Source: Candidatus Saccharimonadota bacterium (GTDB lineage Bacteria; Patescibacteriota; Saccharimonadia; Saccharimonadales; SLHW01). Taken from it: a stretch of 64,000 nt of DNA. Made by a program: the position numbers and the translations under genes. Location: the NCBI GenBank assembly GCA_024635455.1, contig JAGXIU010000002.1, forward strand, positions 44,309 to 108,308. The letters are read 5' to 3'. Every line of letters begins with the position of its first letter. Positions within the stretch are counted from its first letter, which is position 1. Positions 1-8,300 of this stretch are shown here, in pieces. The notes under the pieces were generated by a model. That model was not told the origin of the DNA. It searched no databases and saw only the letters and a list, made by a program, of their open reading frames with translations.

Positions 1-1187
1 CCAGGAGCGTTGTAATGATGGAAGAATCGCTTTTCTTCATCTTTTTCCATAGTATCAATCAATTGCGCGTAACGAAGCGGCGCCAACGTAACAATATTCA
101 TTCCTTGCGTAACACCTCGAGTAAAGATACTTGAGCCGTGTACACGTGGCAAAATACCAACCTCGCTTGACAACGGTCGAATCTCGGTTAGTTTCCGACC
201 ATCTGGGCGGGACTGCTTTTCGATAATGCCAGCTCGAGCGTCTTTATGAAGTGACATCGTGAAGGCTTCATCATACTCTGCTTTGATGTCAGGGTAGTCA
301 TCGCCAAGCTTGTCTGCCATAGCCTCATGATAAGCCGTGCGTAAATCTGCTATTTTGGCGTTACGCTCCGGATAGTCAATACGTAAGCTGTCGCCAAGCT
401 TTCCCTTGGTCCAGTCATCGGCTACTTTTTGGATTTCCTCATCAGGCAAGTCTAGTTCATACTCTTGTGCTTTTGCACCAAGTTTCTCTACGAGCTCGTT
501 TTGCAGGGCAATAGCTGGCTGCATCTTTTCTTGAGCGAACTCAATGGCTGAGATAACTTGCTCTTCATCCACCTCTCGTGCACCAGCTTCAACCATCATA
601 ACGCCGGTCTCTGTACCGGCAACAACTAGGTCAAGCTTGCCATCTTCTAGCGTGGAGCGAGTTGCAAATGGCACAAAATCACCTGCTTCGTTTAGGCCGA
701 TGCGCAAACCAGCGACAGGACCAGAAAACGGCGCACCAGTAAGGCTTAGAGCCGTACTAATAGCGATCATAGCGATCATGTCAGGACGAAAGTCAGGGTC
801 CATACTAAGAACAGATGCGATTCCCTGTACTTGATTGCGGTAACCTTTCGGCCACAAGGGTCGGATTGGGCGGTCGATCAAGCGACTTAGCAATATAGCA
901 TCGTCTGATGGACGGCCTTCTCGCTTAACAAAGCGTGAGCCGCTAATTTTCCCTGCTGCGTACATCTTTTCTTCATAGTCAATACTGAGCGGAAAGTAGT
1001 CCATGCCAGCCGCTGGCTCGTCGCCAACCATAGCTGTTCCTAGAATTACGGTATCGCCATAGCGAACTATGACACTAGATGATGAACGAAAGCCAACTCT
1101 GCCAACTTCCAGCGTCAGTGTTTTACCGCAAAACTCTGTGCTTACCTTTGTTATTTCTTTACCGAATGGATTTATCGTTTGTCCCAT
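1..1187 (-). CDS. pnp: polyribonucleotide nucleotidyltransferase (PNPase), N-terminal ~395 aa; the 3' part runs off the window
   Basis: Hand translation from the ATG at 1187..1185 gives MGQTINPFGKEITKVSTEFCGKTLTLEVGRVGFRSSSSVIVRYGDTVILG..., which matches a typical PNPase N-terminus. The frame stays open to position 1. The rpsO-pnp gene order is the classic one. Confidence 0.9.
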   Translation of the reverse strand, partial: MGQTINPFGKEITKVSTEFCGKTLTLEVGRVGFRSSSSVIVRYGDTVILGTAMVGDEPAAGMDYFPLSIDYEEKMYAAGKISGSRFVKREGRPSDDAILLSRLIDRPIRPLWPKGYRNQVQGIASVLSMDPDFRPDMIAMIAISTALSLTGAPFSGPVAGLRIGLNEAGDFVPFATRSTLEDGKLDLVVAGTETGVMMVEAGAREVDEEQVISAIEFAQEKMQPAIALQNELVEKLGAKAQEYELDLPDEEIQKVADDWTKGKLGDSLRIDYPERNAKIADLRTAYHEAMADKLGDDYPDIKAEYDEAFTMSLHKDARAGIIEKQSRPDGRKLTEIRPLSSEVGILPRVHGSSIFTRGVTQGMNIVTLAPLRYAQLIDTMEKDEEKRFFHHYNAP

Positions 1188-1340
1188 AATGTATGTTGTT
1201 CCTTACTTTTGTTCGAGCTTGTATCACAGGGGGCAAATATACAATCTATGCTTGTGCGATAACGAGCCAGCGCCCGCTATATGTATATCTGGTCTCTGCA
1301 AACAAACTCGTTTGGTTTCGTATTAATGTGCACAAGCGTT

Positions 1341-1354
1341 CCGCCAATTGGCGG
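1341..1354 (-). terminator. perfect GC-rich palindrome CCGCCAATTGGCGG just downstream of rpsO; possible attenuator or processing hairpin ahead of pnp
   Basis: 14-nt perfect palindrome located 16 nt after the rpsO stop. It has no clear U-tract, so full termination is doubtful. Confidence 0.35.
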
Positions 1355-1369
1355 ATTAGACTGTGCAAA

Positions 1370-1636
1370 TTAGCGTCGGATGCCTATTTTCTTAATCAAC
1401 TTAAGATAAGCTTCACCGTCTTTGTCGGCGATATGCTTGAGTAGTCGCTTGCGCTTACCAACCGCCTGTAGAAGGCCACGACGAGCAGCAAAATCTTTCT
1501 TGTTCTGCTTGAGGTGCTCAGTCAACTCATTGATACGCTCAGTTAGTATACCAACCTGCACTGCACTACTGCCAGTGTCCTTCTTGCCTGCTTGCAAATC
1601 AGTGATTATCTTACTTTTTTTCTCGTGTGAAATCAT
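1370..1636 (-). CDS. rpsO: 30S ribosomal protein S15
   Basis: 88 aa. The sequence GSSAVQVGILTERINELTEHLKQNKKDFAARRGLL...IKKIGIRR is a canonical S15. Confidence 0.95.
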   Translation of the reverse strand: MISHEKKSKIITDLQAGKKDTGSSAVQVGILTERINELTEHLKQNKKDFAARRGLLQAVGKRKRLLKHIADKDGEAYLKLIKKIGIRR

Positions 1637-1846
1637 GCGGTTCCTTTATTTAAAATTGTCTTGTTCCCAAAAGAGATTTCTATGCGATTGCAATGGATTG
1701 TATCAGATGTATCTCTCGAGTGCAATCAAATCGTATACCAAATATGTATTTTATTATCTTCGGCGTTCTACTGACCAAGCAATATACAAAAGCATATATA
1801 TGATTTCTATTCTATCATTATATTGTATTGTGTCAATTTTGTCAAG

Positions 1847-2530
1847 TTATAGTTGCCTTATGTAGCTTAGTACATCGCCCTCTATGGCTGTAATGTCCTC
1901 AGCGTCAGTGACGCTCCAGGGCCCAATGCTGGTACGGCGCAAACCGTGTAGATAGGCGCCTGTTTCAAGGTGTACTCCGATATCCGCTGCGAGTGATCGG
2001 ATGTACGTACCCGAAGAAACCCGGCAGTTGATCTTTAGCCATGGGTATTCGTAATTTACTAGATCATTCTGGTGTATCGTCACCGTTCTTGGCTCGATTT
2101 TTACCGTTTTACCAGCACGTGCTAGTGCGTAGGCCCGCTTCCCGCCCACCTTAACGGCTGAGTATGCTGGAGGAGTTTGCTGAATCGTGCCGCTATACTT
2201 CGAAAGTGCTGTGTTTATCGCCTCAATATCTGGTTGATGAGGTACGTTTTTTTCAGTTTTCTCTCCTTCATCATCACCAGTCGTACTGGTAATACCTAGA
2301 CGTATCGTCGCCTCATAGCTTTTATCCATGCCAGAAAATTCTTGAGCTCGCTTGCAATATGAACCTGTAACGATCAGTAAAAGACCTGTGGCATTTGGGT
2401 CAAGCGTGCCGCAATGACCAACTTTTGGCCGTTTAACATCTGTTTGTGCTCGTAACAGTCCACGAACTTTAGCAACAACGTCAAACGAAGTCCACCCCGC
2501 TTGTTTGTCTATGTATAGTATTCCGTCCAT
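1847..2530 (-). CDS. truB: tRNA pseudouridine(55) synthase TruB
   Basis: 227 aa. It has GILYIDKQAGWTSFDVV and the catalytic-Asp motif GHCGTLDPNATGLL. Confidence 0.9.
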   Translation of the reverse strand: MDGILYIDKQAGWTSFDVVAKVRGLLRAQTDVKRPKVGHCGTLDPNATGLLLIVTGSYCKRAQEFSGMDKSYEATIRLGITSTTGDDEGEKTEKNVPHQPDIEAINTALSKYSGTIQQTPPAYSAVKVGGKRAYALARAGKTVKIEPRTVTIHQNDLVNYEYPWLKINCRVSSGTYIRSLAADIGVHLETGAYLHGLRRTSIGPWSVTDAEDITAIEGDVLSYIRQL

Positions 2531-2590
2531 TGTTCTAAGCGAGTATACCCTATAAAAAATCGGTATGAGGTTTTATACCCTGGCTGGACT

Positions 2591-4336
2591 TTACTGATTT
2601 TGATTGGCTTGGCTTGGTGGCATCATCGGCGGTGGAACTGGTGGCGGCTGGTTTGGGTTCTGTACTTGTTGATTAGGCGCTGATGTGTTTTGTGTGTCAT
2701 TTGGATGAATATTTAGATGTACAGGCTGAGCGTTTAATGCTTCAACGGGTGGCAAAGCTTGATCGGGGTTCGTATTGGACGTATCCGCAGCATCCATAAT
2801 CGCTTGGCGGGCTTCATCTAACTCAGCCGGTGTCTCATTTGACCTATGACTCGGACTTGGAGCCGTGCTGTGAGCAGGAGCAAAGTTCATATCTGGCTTA
2901 CTTGATGCCTCTGCTTGATTGTTACTGTCACCAGTTTGCTGGTGAGCGCCAACAGCCTGCTCGATGTCAGAAAGCGTTTGTGTCGGACTTTGTGGCTCCT
3001 CATCTTGAGACTGTTCTTGGCCGCCTGTATTCTGCTCATTCTCTGGGCTACTTTTATCTCCTTGACTGTGCTCATCGCTATCTGTTTGCTGAGATGCGGA
3101 ATTGTGTGAAAGAATTCTTTCGTTTCTATGGTCAGATGAAGACAGGGGGTCAACAGGCTCTTCCTCATCAGAGTTGTTTGCGCTGTTAGATTGATCATCT
3201 GACTCTTCTGGCTCATCCGGTAGCATAGCCCCTTGGGGTTTTGTTACGATTTTTGGTAACGTATCGTGCGATGCCCCGCTGTTTTGCGCAAATTCATTAT
3301 TTTGATTTATAGATTGTTGGCTGGTGCTGTTTCCTGAGTTGTCGTCTACATTATCCTGATCCATAGCCTGCAGATTGCCGTGTTCATCTATGTGAATCTG
3401 GTGACCATCTACGTCGTCCCCAGATTGGTCGTGGCTAATATGAAGCGTGCCATCGTCCTTCTTTCTGTGTGAACGAGCCTCTTCTGAAGCCTCATCATCA
3501 AGCTGTTGATTTTGTTTTGCAGGTTCAGGTGCTGGTGGAGTCGGAGCCGGGGGCTCAGGTGCTGGTGCAGGTTCAGGTGCTGGTGGAGTCGGAGCCGGGG
3601 GCTGAAGCTTTTCAGCGACAAGTTGCTGGTCAGCTCCAGCTTTTAGCAACCGAGAACCGAGTGTCATACTAGCTGGATTGGTCTTTTCATTGCTGAAGCG
3701 ATCCGTTTCTGCGACAAGTCCGGTAAGGAATGCGGTGGCAGTTTGACCATCAAGTAGGTTTTCGCCAACTTCGTCAACCAGGTGTCCAAGCATTTCGCAT
3801 AAACTACTCGCTTGCTCATCAAGCCAGTTAATTGAGCCGGCAGAGCCATTTTGATTCATATTTATTGTTGCAACAGTTGCATCATGCAAGATTCGACCAT
3901 GACTCGATATGGCTTTGTCTATGTCTGTTTGCTCATGCACGCCAAGCGCGATTACCAGGTCAACGTTAAAATCACCTTGAGAAAAGTTCAAATCGCTCTC
4001 GTGAATCGATGTGCGGTATGGTGATATAAATATTTTTACCTGTGTGTCTTCTACTTTGTAGCGCAGCTTATCTGCCTTTGATCGATCAAGTGAGATAATA
4101 AAGTCTCGAAGTGAGTCAGTGTTCTTCTCTAGTGTTTTCTCGGGCTGTAAGAATGAGATAATCGGCGGTGTTTGACCGCTGAAAACAGCCGTGGCATGTT
4201 TGTTTAATTTGTTGAGCACTAGCGTCAGGCCAATTGCGCCAGACAACTGATCAACTGAGGGGTTATTACTAACCGTTACGAGTACGTTTGTAGCCTCTTT
4301 GAGGCGAGTGATAAGCTGTTGCTTTTGTTCGTTCAT
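2591..4336 (-). CDS. NrnA/DHH-like protein with degenerate catalytic motifs and a ~350-aa disordered P/Q/N/D/E/S-rich tail
   Basis: The N-terminal ~240 aa aligns by eye to DHH/DHHA1 phosphoesterases (VSNNPSVDQLSGAIGL, DLVIALGV, TINMNQNG, FLTGLVAETDRF). The position upstream of truB matches the nrnA position in many operons. The start was moved to ATG 4336 (MNEQKQQ). Confidence 0.6.
   Translation of the reverse strand: MNEQKQQLITRLKEATNVLVTVSNNPSVDQLSGAIGLTLVLNKLNKHATAVFSGQTPPIISFLQPEKTLEKNTDSLRDFIISLDRSKADKLRYKVEDTQVKIFISPYRTSIHESDLNFSQGDFNVDLVIALGVHEQTDIDKAISSHGRILHDATVATINMNQNGSAGSINWLDEQASSLCEMLGHLVDEVGENLLDGQTATAFLTGLVAETDRFSNEKTNPASMTLGSRLLKAGADQQLVAEKLQPPAPTPPAPEPAPAPEPPAPTPPAPEPAKQNQQLDDEASEEARSHRKKDDGTLHISHDQSGDDVDGHQIHIDEHGNLQAMDQDNVDDNSGNSTSQQSINQNNEFAQNSGASHDTLPKIVTKPQGAMLPDEPEESDDQSNSANNSDEEEPVDPLSSSDHRNERILSHNSASQQTDSDEHSQGDKSSPENEQNTGGQEQSQDEEPQSPTQTLSDIEQAVGAHQQTGDSNNQAEASSKPDMNFAPAHSTAPSPSHRSNETPAELDEARQAIMDAADTSNTNPDQALPPVEALNAQPVHLNIHPNDTQNTSAPNQQVQNPNQPPPVPPPMMPPSQANQNQ
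3519..3604. repeat. 48-bp tandem repeat (~1.8 copies) inside the coding sequence, encoding PAPEP/PAPTPP repeats
   Basis: gcaggttcaggtgctggtggagtcggagccgggggct occurs at 3519 and again at 3567, identical over 37 nt. Confidence 0.9.
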
Positions 4337-4553
4337 GTATTTTTGTAGTTTTTTTATTTTTTGGTATCTGTTAGTTATAGTACTACATAAGCACAAGTGT
4401 GTCTAGTAGGTGAAATATCGACGATTAGTTAGTCGTGAAACGATTCTTCATACCAGATGACATACTCTTTACAATTAGAATAAATAGTGTTACATTCAAA
4501 CCCGACTTTATTCTATTATCTAATATTTTAAGAAAGACAGGTCAGAAGTAACT

Positions 4554-4958
4554 ATGCCAATTATCAAGTCAGCTAAGAAGCGTGTCAAAACTGCTGCAAA
4601 AGCAACTGTACGAAACGCAAAGACTAAGCGCAATTTCCGTACCGCGATTAAACAGTTTCAGGTAGCGGTAGAAAGTAAGAAGAATGCTTCTGAGGCATTA
4701 TCTGAAGCCCAAAGCACAATCGATGTCGCCGTAAAAAAAGGACTATTGCACAAAAATCGAGCAGCTCGTAAGAAACAACAACTTGCTCGCCAGGCGAAAG
4801 CGGCCGGCGTTAAACTTACCCCCTCCACAAAGAAAAAGACTAGCCCCGCCAAGAAAACAACCGCTAAGAAACCTGCTACTAAAAAAGCAGCTCCAAAGAA
4901 AAAGCCAAGTACTACCGCGAAAAAGAAAACAACCGCCAAGAAACCTGCTAAAAAATAA
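4554..4958 (+). CDS. rpsT: 30S ribosomal protein S20 with a Lys/Ala/Pro/Thr-rich C-terminal extension
   Basis: MPIIKSAKKRVKTAAKATVRNAKTKRNFRTAIK is a canonical S20 N-terminus. The last ~45 aa are AKK/TAKKP repeats. Confidence 0.9.
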   Translation: MPIIKSAKKRVKTAAKATVRNAKTKRNFRTAIKQFQVAVESKKNASEALSEAQSTIDVAVKKGLLHKNRAARKKQQLARQAKAAGVKLTPSTKKKTSPAKKTTAKKPATKKAAPKKKPSTTAKKKTTAKKPAKK

Positions 4959-4966
4959 GTTGTTCG

Positions 4967-5896
4967 TTAGGCTTTTGAGCCAAGTGAGACAATGAAGTAC
5001 CGTATTGCTTGATCGACATCAAGCGGTCTGGTCTTTTGTGCCCTATCAATATCTCGTAGCTCAGCGACGAGCTTAAATACCCGGCTACGGCCGATGATGC
5101 GTGAAATTTTCTGTATTTTTTCTATTGCATACGGGTGAACATGAGCATCGCTCGCGATCGATTGGCTCCTCGCTCCTCCAGGGGCAAAAGCTACGATTGC
5201 CAAGATTTGTAATTGCCTCGCCATCATAGCCAAAATTTGTTGAGGCTCGACTTTCTGAGCGCGCTGGTCTTCATATAGTTGTAGCGCCTTATCAACCTGG
5301 CCCGACAAAGCCGCATCGAGCAAATCAAATATTGAGCTTTGTGGCGTTGCATCACTCAACAGATCTATCGTGTGACGAGATATCGTCGAGCTATAAGCTA
5401 TGAGCTTATCAAGTTCGTTGTGCAACCTATACTGATCAACGCCGACTCGGCTTACAAGATACTGTGCATCTGAGCGAGTTATGTTAGCACCACGTGCCGA
5501 AGCTTCGTCCTGTAGCCAACCAGGGGCACTGTAGGGGTCAATGCCAGCAAACTCGCTCACATCAGTCTGCTTCTTGAGATACTTTGCGTACGTTGTACGC
5601 TTATCAAGCTGTGGCTCAACAATTATGATATCGAGTGCGTCTGACACGTTACCGAGTAGTGTTTCGTGCTGGTCTGTAAAACCAGTTATCTTGCCTGGTT
5701 GCTGCAGCACTACGCATTTCTTATCAGTCAAGAACGGTAAACTACCGAGACTGTCTTGTACGGAACGTAAATCTGACTCGGCGCCATCGATACGCTCCAA
5801 CGCGTGCTCACCATGCGCACCGACAAAGCTTTGAATACGTTTTTGCAAAGCCTGAGCAAGTAAATATTGGTTGTCTCCAGTAAGTGTATATATCAT
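4967..5896 (-). CDS. holA: DNA polymerase III subunit delta
   Basis: 309 aa from MIYTLTGDNQYLL, a HolA-like N-terminus. The ATG at 5896 overlaps the mutM TGA as ATGA. The alternative upstream start is 5923. Confidence 0.75.
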   Translation of the reverse strand: MIYTLTGDNQYLLAQALQKRIQSFVGAHGEHALERIDGAESDLRSVQDSLGSLPFLTDKKCVVLQQPGKITGFTDQHETLLGNVSDALDIIIVEPQLDKRTTYAKYLKKQTDVSEFAGIDPYSAPGWLQDEASARGANITRSDAQYLVSRVGVDQYRLHNELDKLIAYSSTISRHTIDLLSDATPQSSIFDLLDAALSGQVDKALQLYEDQRAQKVEPQQILAMMARQLQILAIVAFAPGGARSQSIASDAHVHPYAIEKIQKISRIIGRSRVFKLVAELRDIDRAQKTRPLDVDQAIRYFIVSLGSKA

Positions 5897-6777
5897 GTAG
5901 GTAGTGCCTGACAGTTTGAACAAATATGTGTGCCTCGACCGGCAACTCGAATCTTATCTATAGAGTTCTGGCAGCGCGTACATGGCTGTCCTTCGCGGCG
6001 GAAGACTTTGGCAAAATTCATATAACTCCCCTTCTTTCCTTCGGCATTTACATAGTTTTTGTTGGTCGAGCCACCTTTATTAATGGCTGTGTTCAGTACG
6101 AGACGCAATTCATCAAATAACGTATTCAATTGGTCGCTGGTTACATCTGCAACGCGAGTATTTGGATGAATACGCGCAGCCCATAGAGACTCGTCGGCGT
6201 ATATATTGCCGATACCAGCAATAACAGTCTGGTCTAGCAAGGCAGCCTTAATGCTGGTTTTTTGTCGGCGCTGAAATCGCTTAGCGAACATATCGGCGGT
6301 GAGCGAGTCGTCCAAAGGCTCAGGCCCAACCTTCTGAAAAAAAGACAGGTCTGCTACTGCAACGGTTGGTAGCAGCTTCATCCAGCCAAATTTACGTTGA
6401 TCGTTAAAAAACAGCTTACTTTCATTACTAAATGTAATCGTCACTCGAGTGGATTTATCGGGAAGACTGTTTATTAAGCTATCGCTTGGATGCCCTGCCC
6501 CAAAGCGTGATCCATTTGATTTTGAGCCAATAAAAACAAGCTGCCCAGTCATCTTTAGGTGAATCACGAGACTATAGTCAGTGTCTAGCTCAATAATAAG
6601 CACTTTAGCCCGTCTACGAACCGATGTGATTGTTGCACCAAGCATAAACCTATCAACATCAGCCTGGCTATTCGGAAAACCCTTCGGCCAGTCAAACGCA
6701 ACGTCTGCTATCGTGCATCCTAACACGAGCTTATCAAGCCCTCGACGGACAGTCTCAACTTCTGGTAACTCTGGCAT
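5893..6777 (-). CDS. mutM: formamidopyrimidine-DNA glycosylase
   Basis: It has the MPELPEVETVRRGL N-terminus and a C-terminal zinc finger, CTRCQNSIDKIRVAGRGTHICSNCQ. Confidence 0.92.
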   Translation of the reverse strand: MPELPEVETVRRGLDKLVLGCTIADVAFDWPKGFPNSQADVDRFMLGATITSVRRRAKVLIIELDTDYSLVIHLKMTGQLVFIGSKSNGSRFGAGHPSDSLINSLPDKSTRVTITFSNESKLFFNDQRKFGWMKLLPTVAVADLSFFQKVGPEPLDDSLTADMFAKRFQRRQKTSIKAALLDQTVIAGIGNIYADESLWAARIHPNTRVADVTSDQLNTLFDELRLVLNTAINKGGSTNKNYVNAEGKKGSYMNFAKVFRREGQPCTRCQNSIDKIRVAGRGTHICSNCQALPT

Positions 6778-6803
6778 AGCCCCTATTATAACCTGGGGCT
6801 GCG

Positions 6804-7070
6804 ATGTATACTACAGATGAAATGGATAGTATTGATACAATCTTAGGAGCAAAAAAACGCAGTAATGAACCGCCTGAGATGCGTATTATCCGAGATTTTA
6901 TCCATAAAGAATTTCAAGAAACCTGTCGCGTAAGTGTTAGCCAGCGAAGCATAGCCATAATGGTGGACAATGGCGCAATTGCTAACATGGTGCAAATGCG
7001 GCTCCATGAAATCCGTGAGGCTTGTGCTACCGAGAAAAAACTATACGTCCGTATTGGCACCATCAGCTAA
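6804..7070 (+). CDS. hypothetical small protein (possibly DUF721/DciA-like)
   Basis: 88-aa ORF divergent from mutM. There is only weak by-eye resemblance to DUF721 (SIAIMVDNGAIANMVQMRLHEI). It overlaps the convergent HAD gene by 30 nt. Confidence 0.4.
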   Translation: MYTTDEMDSIDTILGAKKRSNEPPEMRIIRDFIHKEFQETCRVSVSQRSIAIMVDNGAIANMVQMRLHEIREACATEKKLYVRIGTIS

Positions 7071-7631
7071 CACTACATCGAGCGCTGTTTGTAGCTCATG
7101 GAGTCCGTTGTATACAAGTCCGTGCATGCCGACGGCTTCTGCAGCATCAGCATTATCTTCATTATCATCTATAAATACGCATGCTTCTGGGTCTACACCG
7201 AGACGTTCAGCCGCTAAATAGAATATATCAGGATGCGGCTTTGTTATCCCAACCCGAAACGACTCAATGATGTCATCGAACAACGCCTGTTCAGACGCAT
7301 CTAGCAATCGAGTCGTAATCCAGTCACTCGCAATGTTGCTCAATATAGCAAGCTTGTAATGTTTTTTTAACAAAGTTATGTAGGTAAGAAGCGCTGAGTT
7401 TTTGGCTGTCTCATCTAGCTTTACGTCCTCGATACGCTGGGGGGCGTGTCCGGTAAGATCTTTCAGCCGAAACAAATAATCATCATCAGATAGCATACCT
7501 GCATCATGTGCCCGATTAAGGTCATGTAGTGGTTGCTGGTCAATTGTAGGCGGCAAGCCGTCTAAATAACGTTGCCAAGTGCCAGTGGCTAAGACGCCAA
7601 AACAATCAAAAATTATAGCTTGTTTCTTCAT
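7041..7631 (-). CDS. HAD-superfamily hydrolase
   Basis: HAD motif I is AIIFDCFGVL. The C-terminal motif is VFIDDNEDNADAAEAVGM. Confidence 0.75.
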   Translation of the reverse strand: MKKQAIIFDCFGVLATGTWQRYLDGLPPTIDQQPLHDLNRAHDAGMLSDDDYLFRLKDLTGHAPQRIEDVKLDETAKNSALLTYITLLKKHYKLAILSNIASDWITTRLLDASEQALFDDIIESFRVGITKPHPDIFYLAAERLGVDPEACVFIDDNEDNADAAEAVGMHGLVYNGLHELQTALDVVLADGANTDV

Positions 7632-7655
7632 ACCTATACACTGTAACGCAAAATG

Positions 7656-8219
7656 CTAACGACGCGCATCACGAATTATATCGCGGTACTCTGGAATTTG
7701 CTCCTGAAACAATGTCATTACTGAACTTCTATCGCCAGCAAAGGTTCCATCTGAGCGCCCACAAGAACTGGTCCATGTTCGATGCACCACTTCATCATCA
7801 ACCCGTATCTCAAAAACAAAACGGCGACCAGATGGGCAAACACCATCCTCAGTTTCTATAGCACTTTGTCGCGTCTCGGTAGCATTGTTAGAATCTAGCG
7901 AATATAAAAGCGCTTTATATGCACTAGTAGTATTTGGAAGCCGCACTTGCTCTTCGATAGTTAAATCATAGCCACGCAGTACATCTAATGTGCGTTGTTG
8001 GGCGCTTACTGTTACACGGACTGCCTCAAATTCTTCGTTGGCAACAATGCGACCATATTCAGTAAAGGTAACCTCAGAATTCTGATCAAGATATGATGCA
8101 GCTAACGATGAGTCGGTACTAAGCTCAGACGGTGTATCACGAGAAGCAAGGCCAATAATACCAGCAATAAAGCCAGCGACAATGATTACCAAAATTGCTC
8201 CGCCAATAATGTATTTCAT
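7656..8219 (-). CDS. hypothetical membrane-anchored protein
   Basis: 187 aa. It has an N-terminal TM segment (IIGGAILVIIVAGFIAGIIGL) and no family I recognise. Confidence 0.55.
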   Translation of the reverse strand: MKYIIGGAILVIIVAGFIAGIIGLASRDTPSELSTDSSLAASYLDQNSEVTFTEYGRIVANEEFEAVRVTVSAQQRTLDVLRGYDLTIEEQVRLPNTTSAYKALLYSLDSNNATETRQSAIETEDGVCPSGRRFVFEIRVDDEVVHRTWTSSCGRSDGTFAGDRSSVMTLFQEQIPEYRDIIRDARR

Positions 8220-8300
8220 ACATTTATATTATACCACTCATACGGTATTTTACAATAGGCTCCATCTATAGCCTTTCGTCACCAAGCGTGGAGTAGATGT

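Noticed and set aside
1069-1865. Plus-strand ORFs 1069..1326, 1193..1444 and 1422..1865
   Set aside because: They are antisense to, or overlap, pnp, rpsO and the AT-rich rpsO-truB spacer. They have no recognisable motifs.
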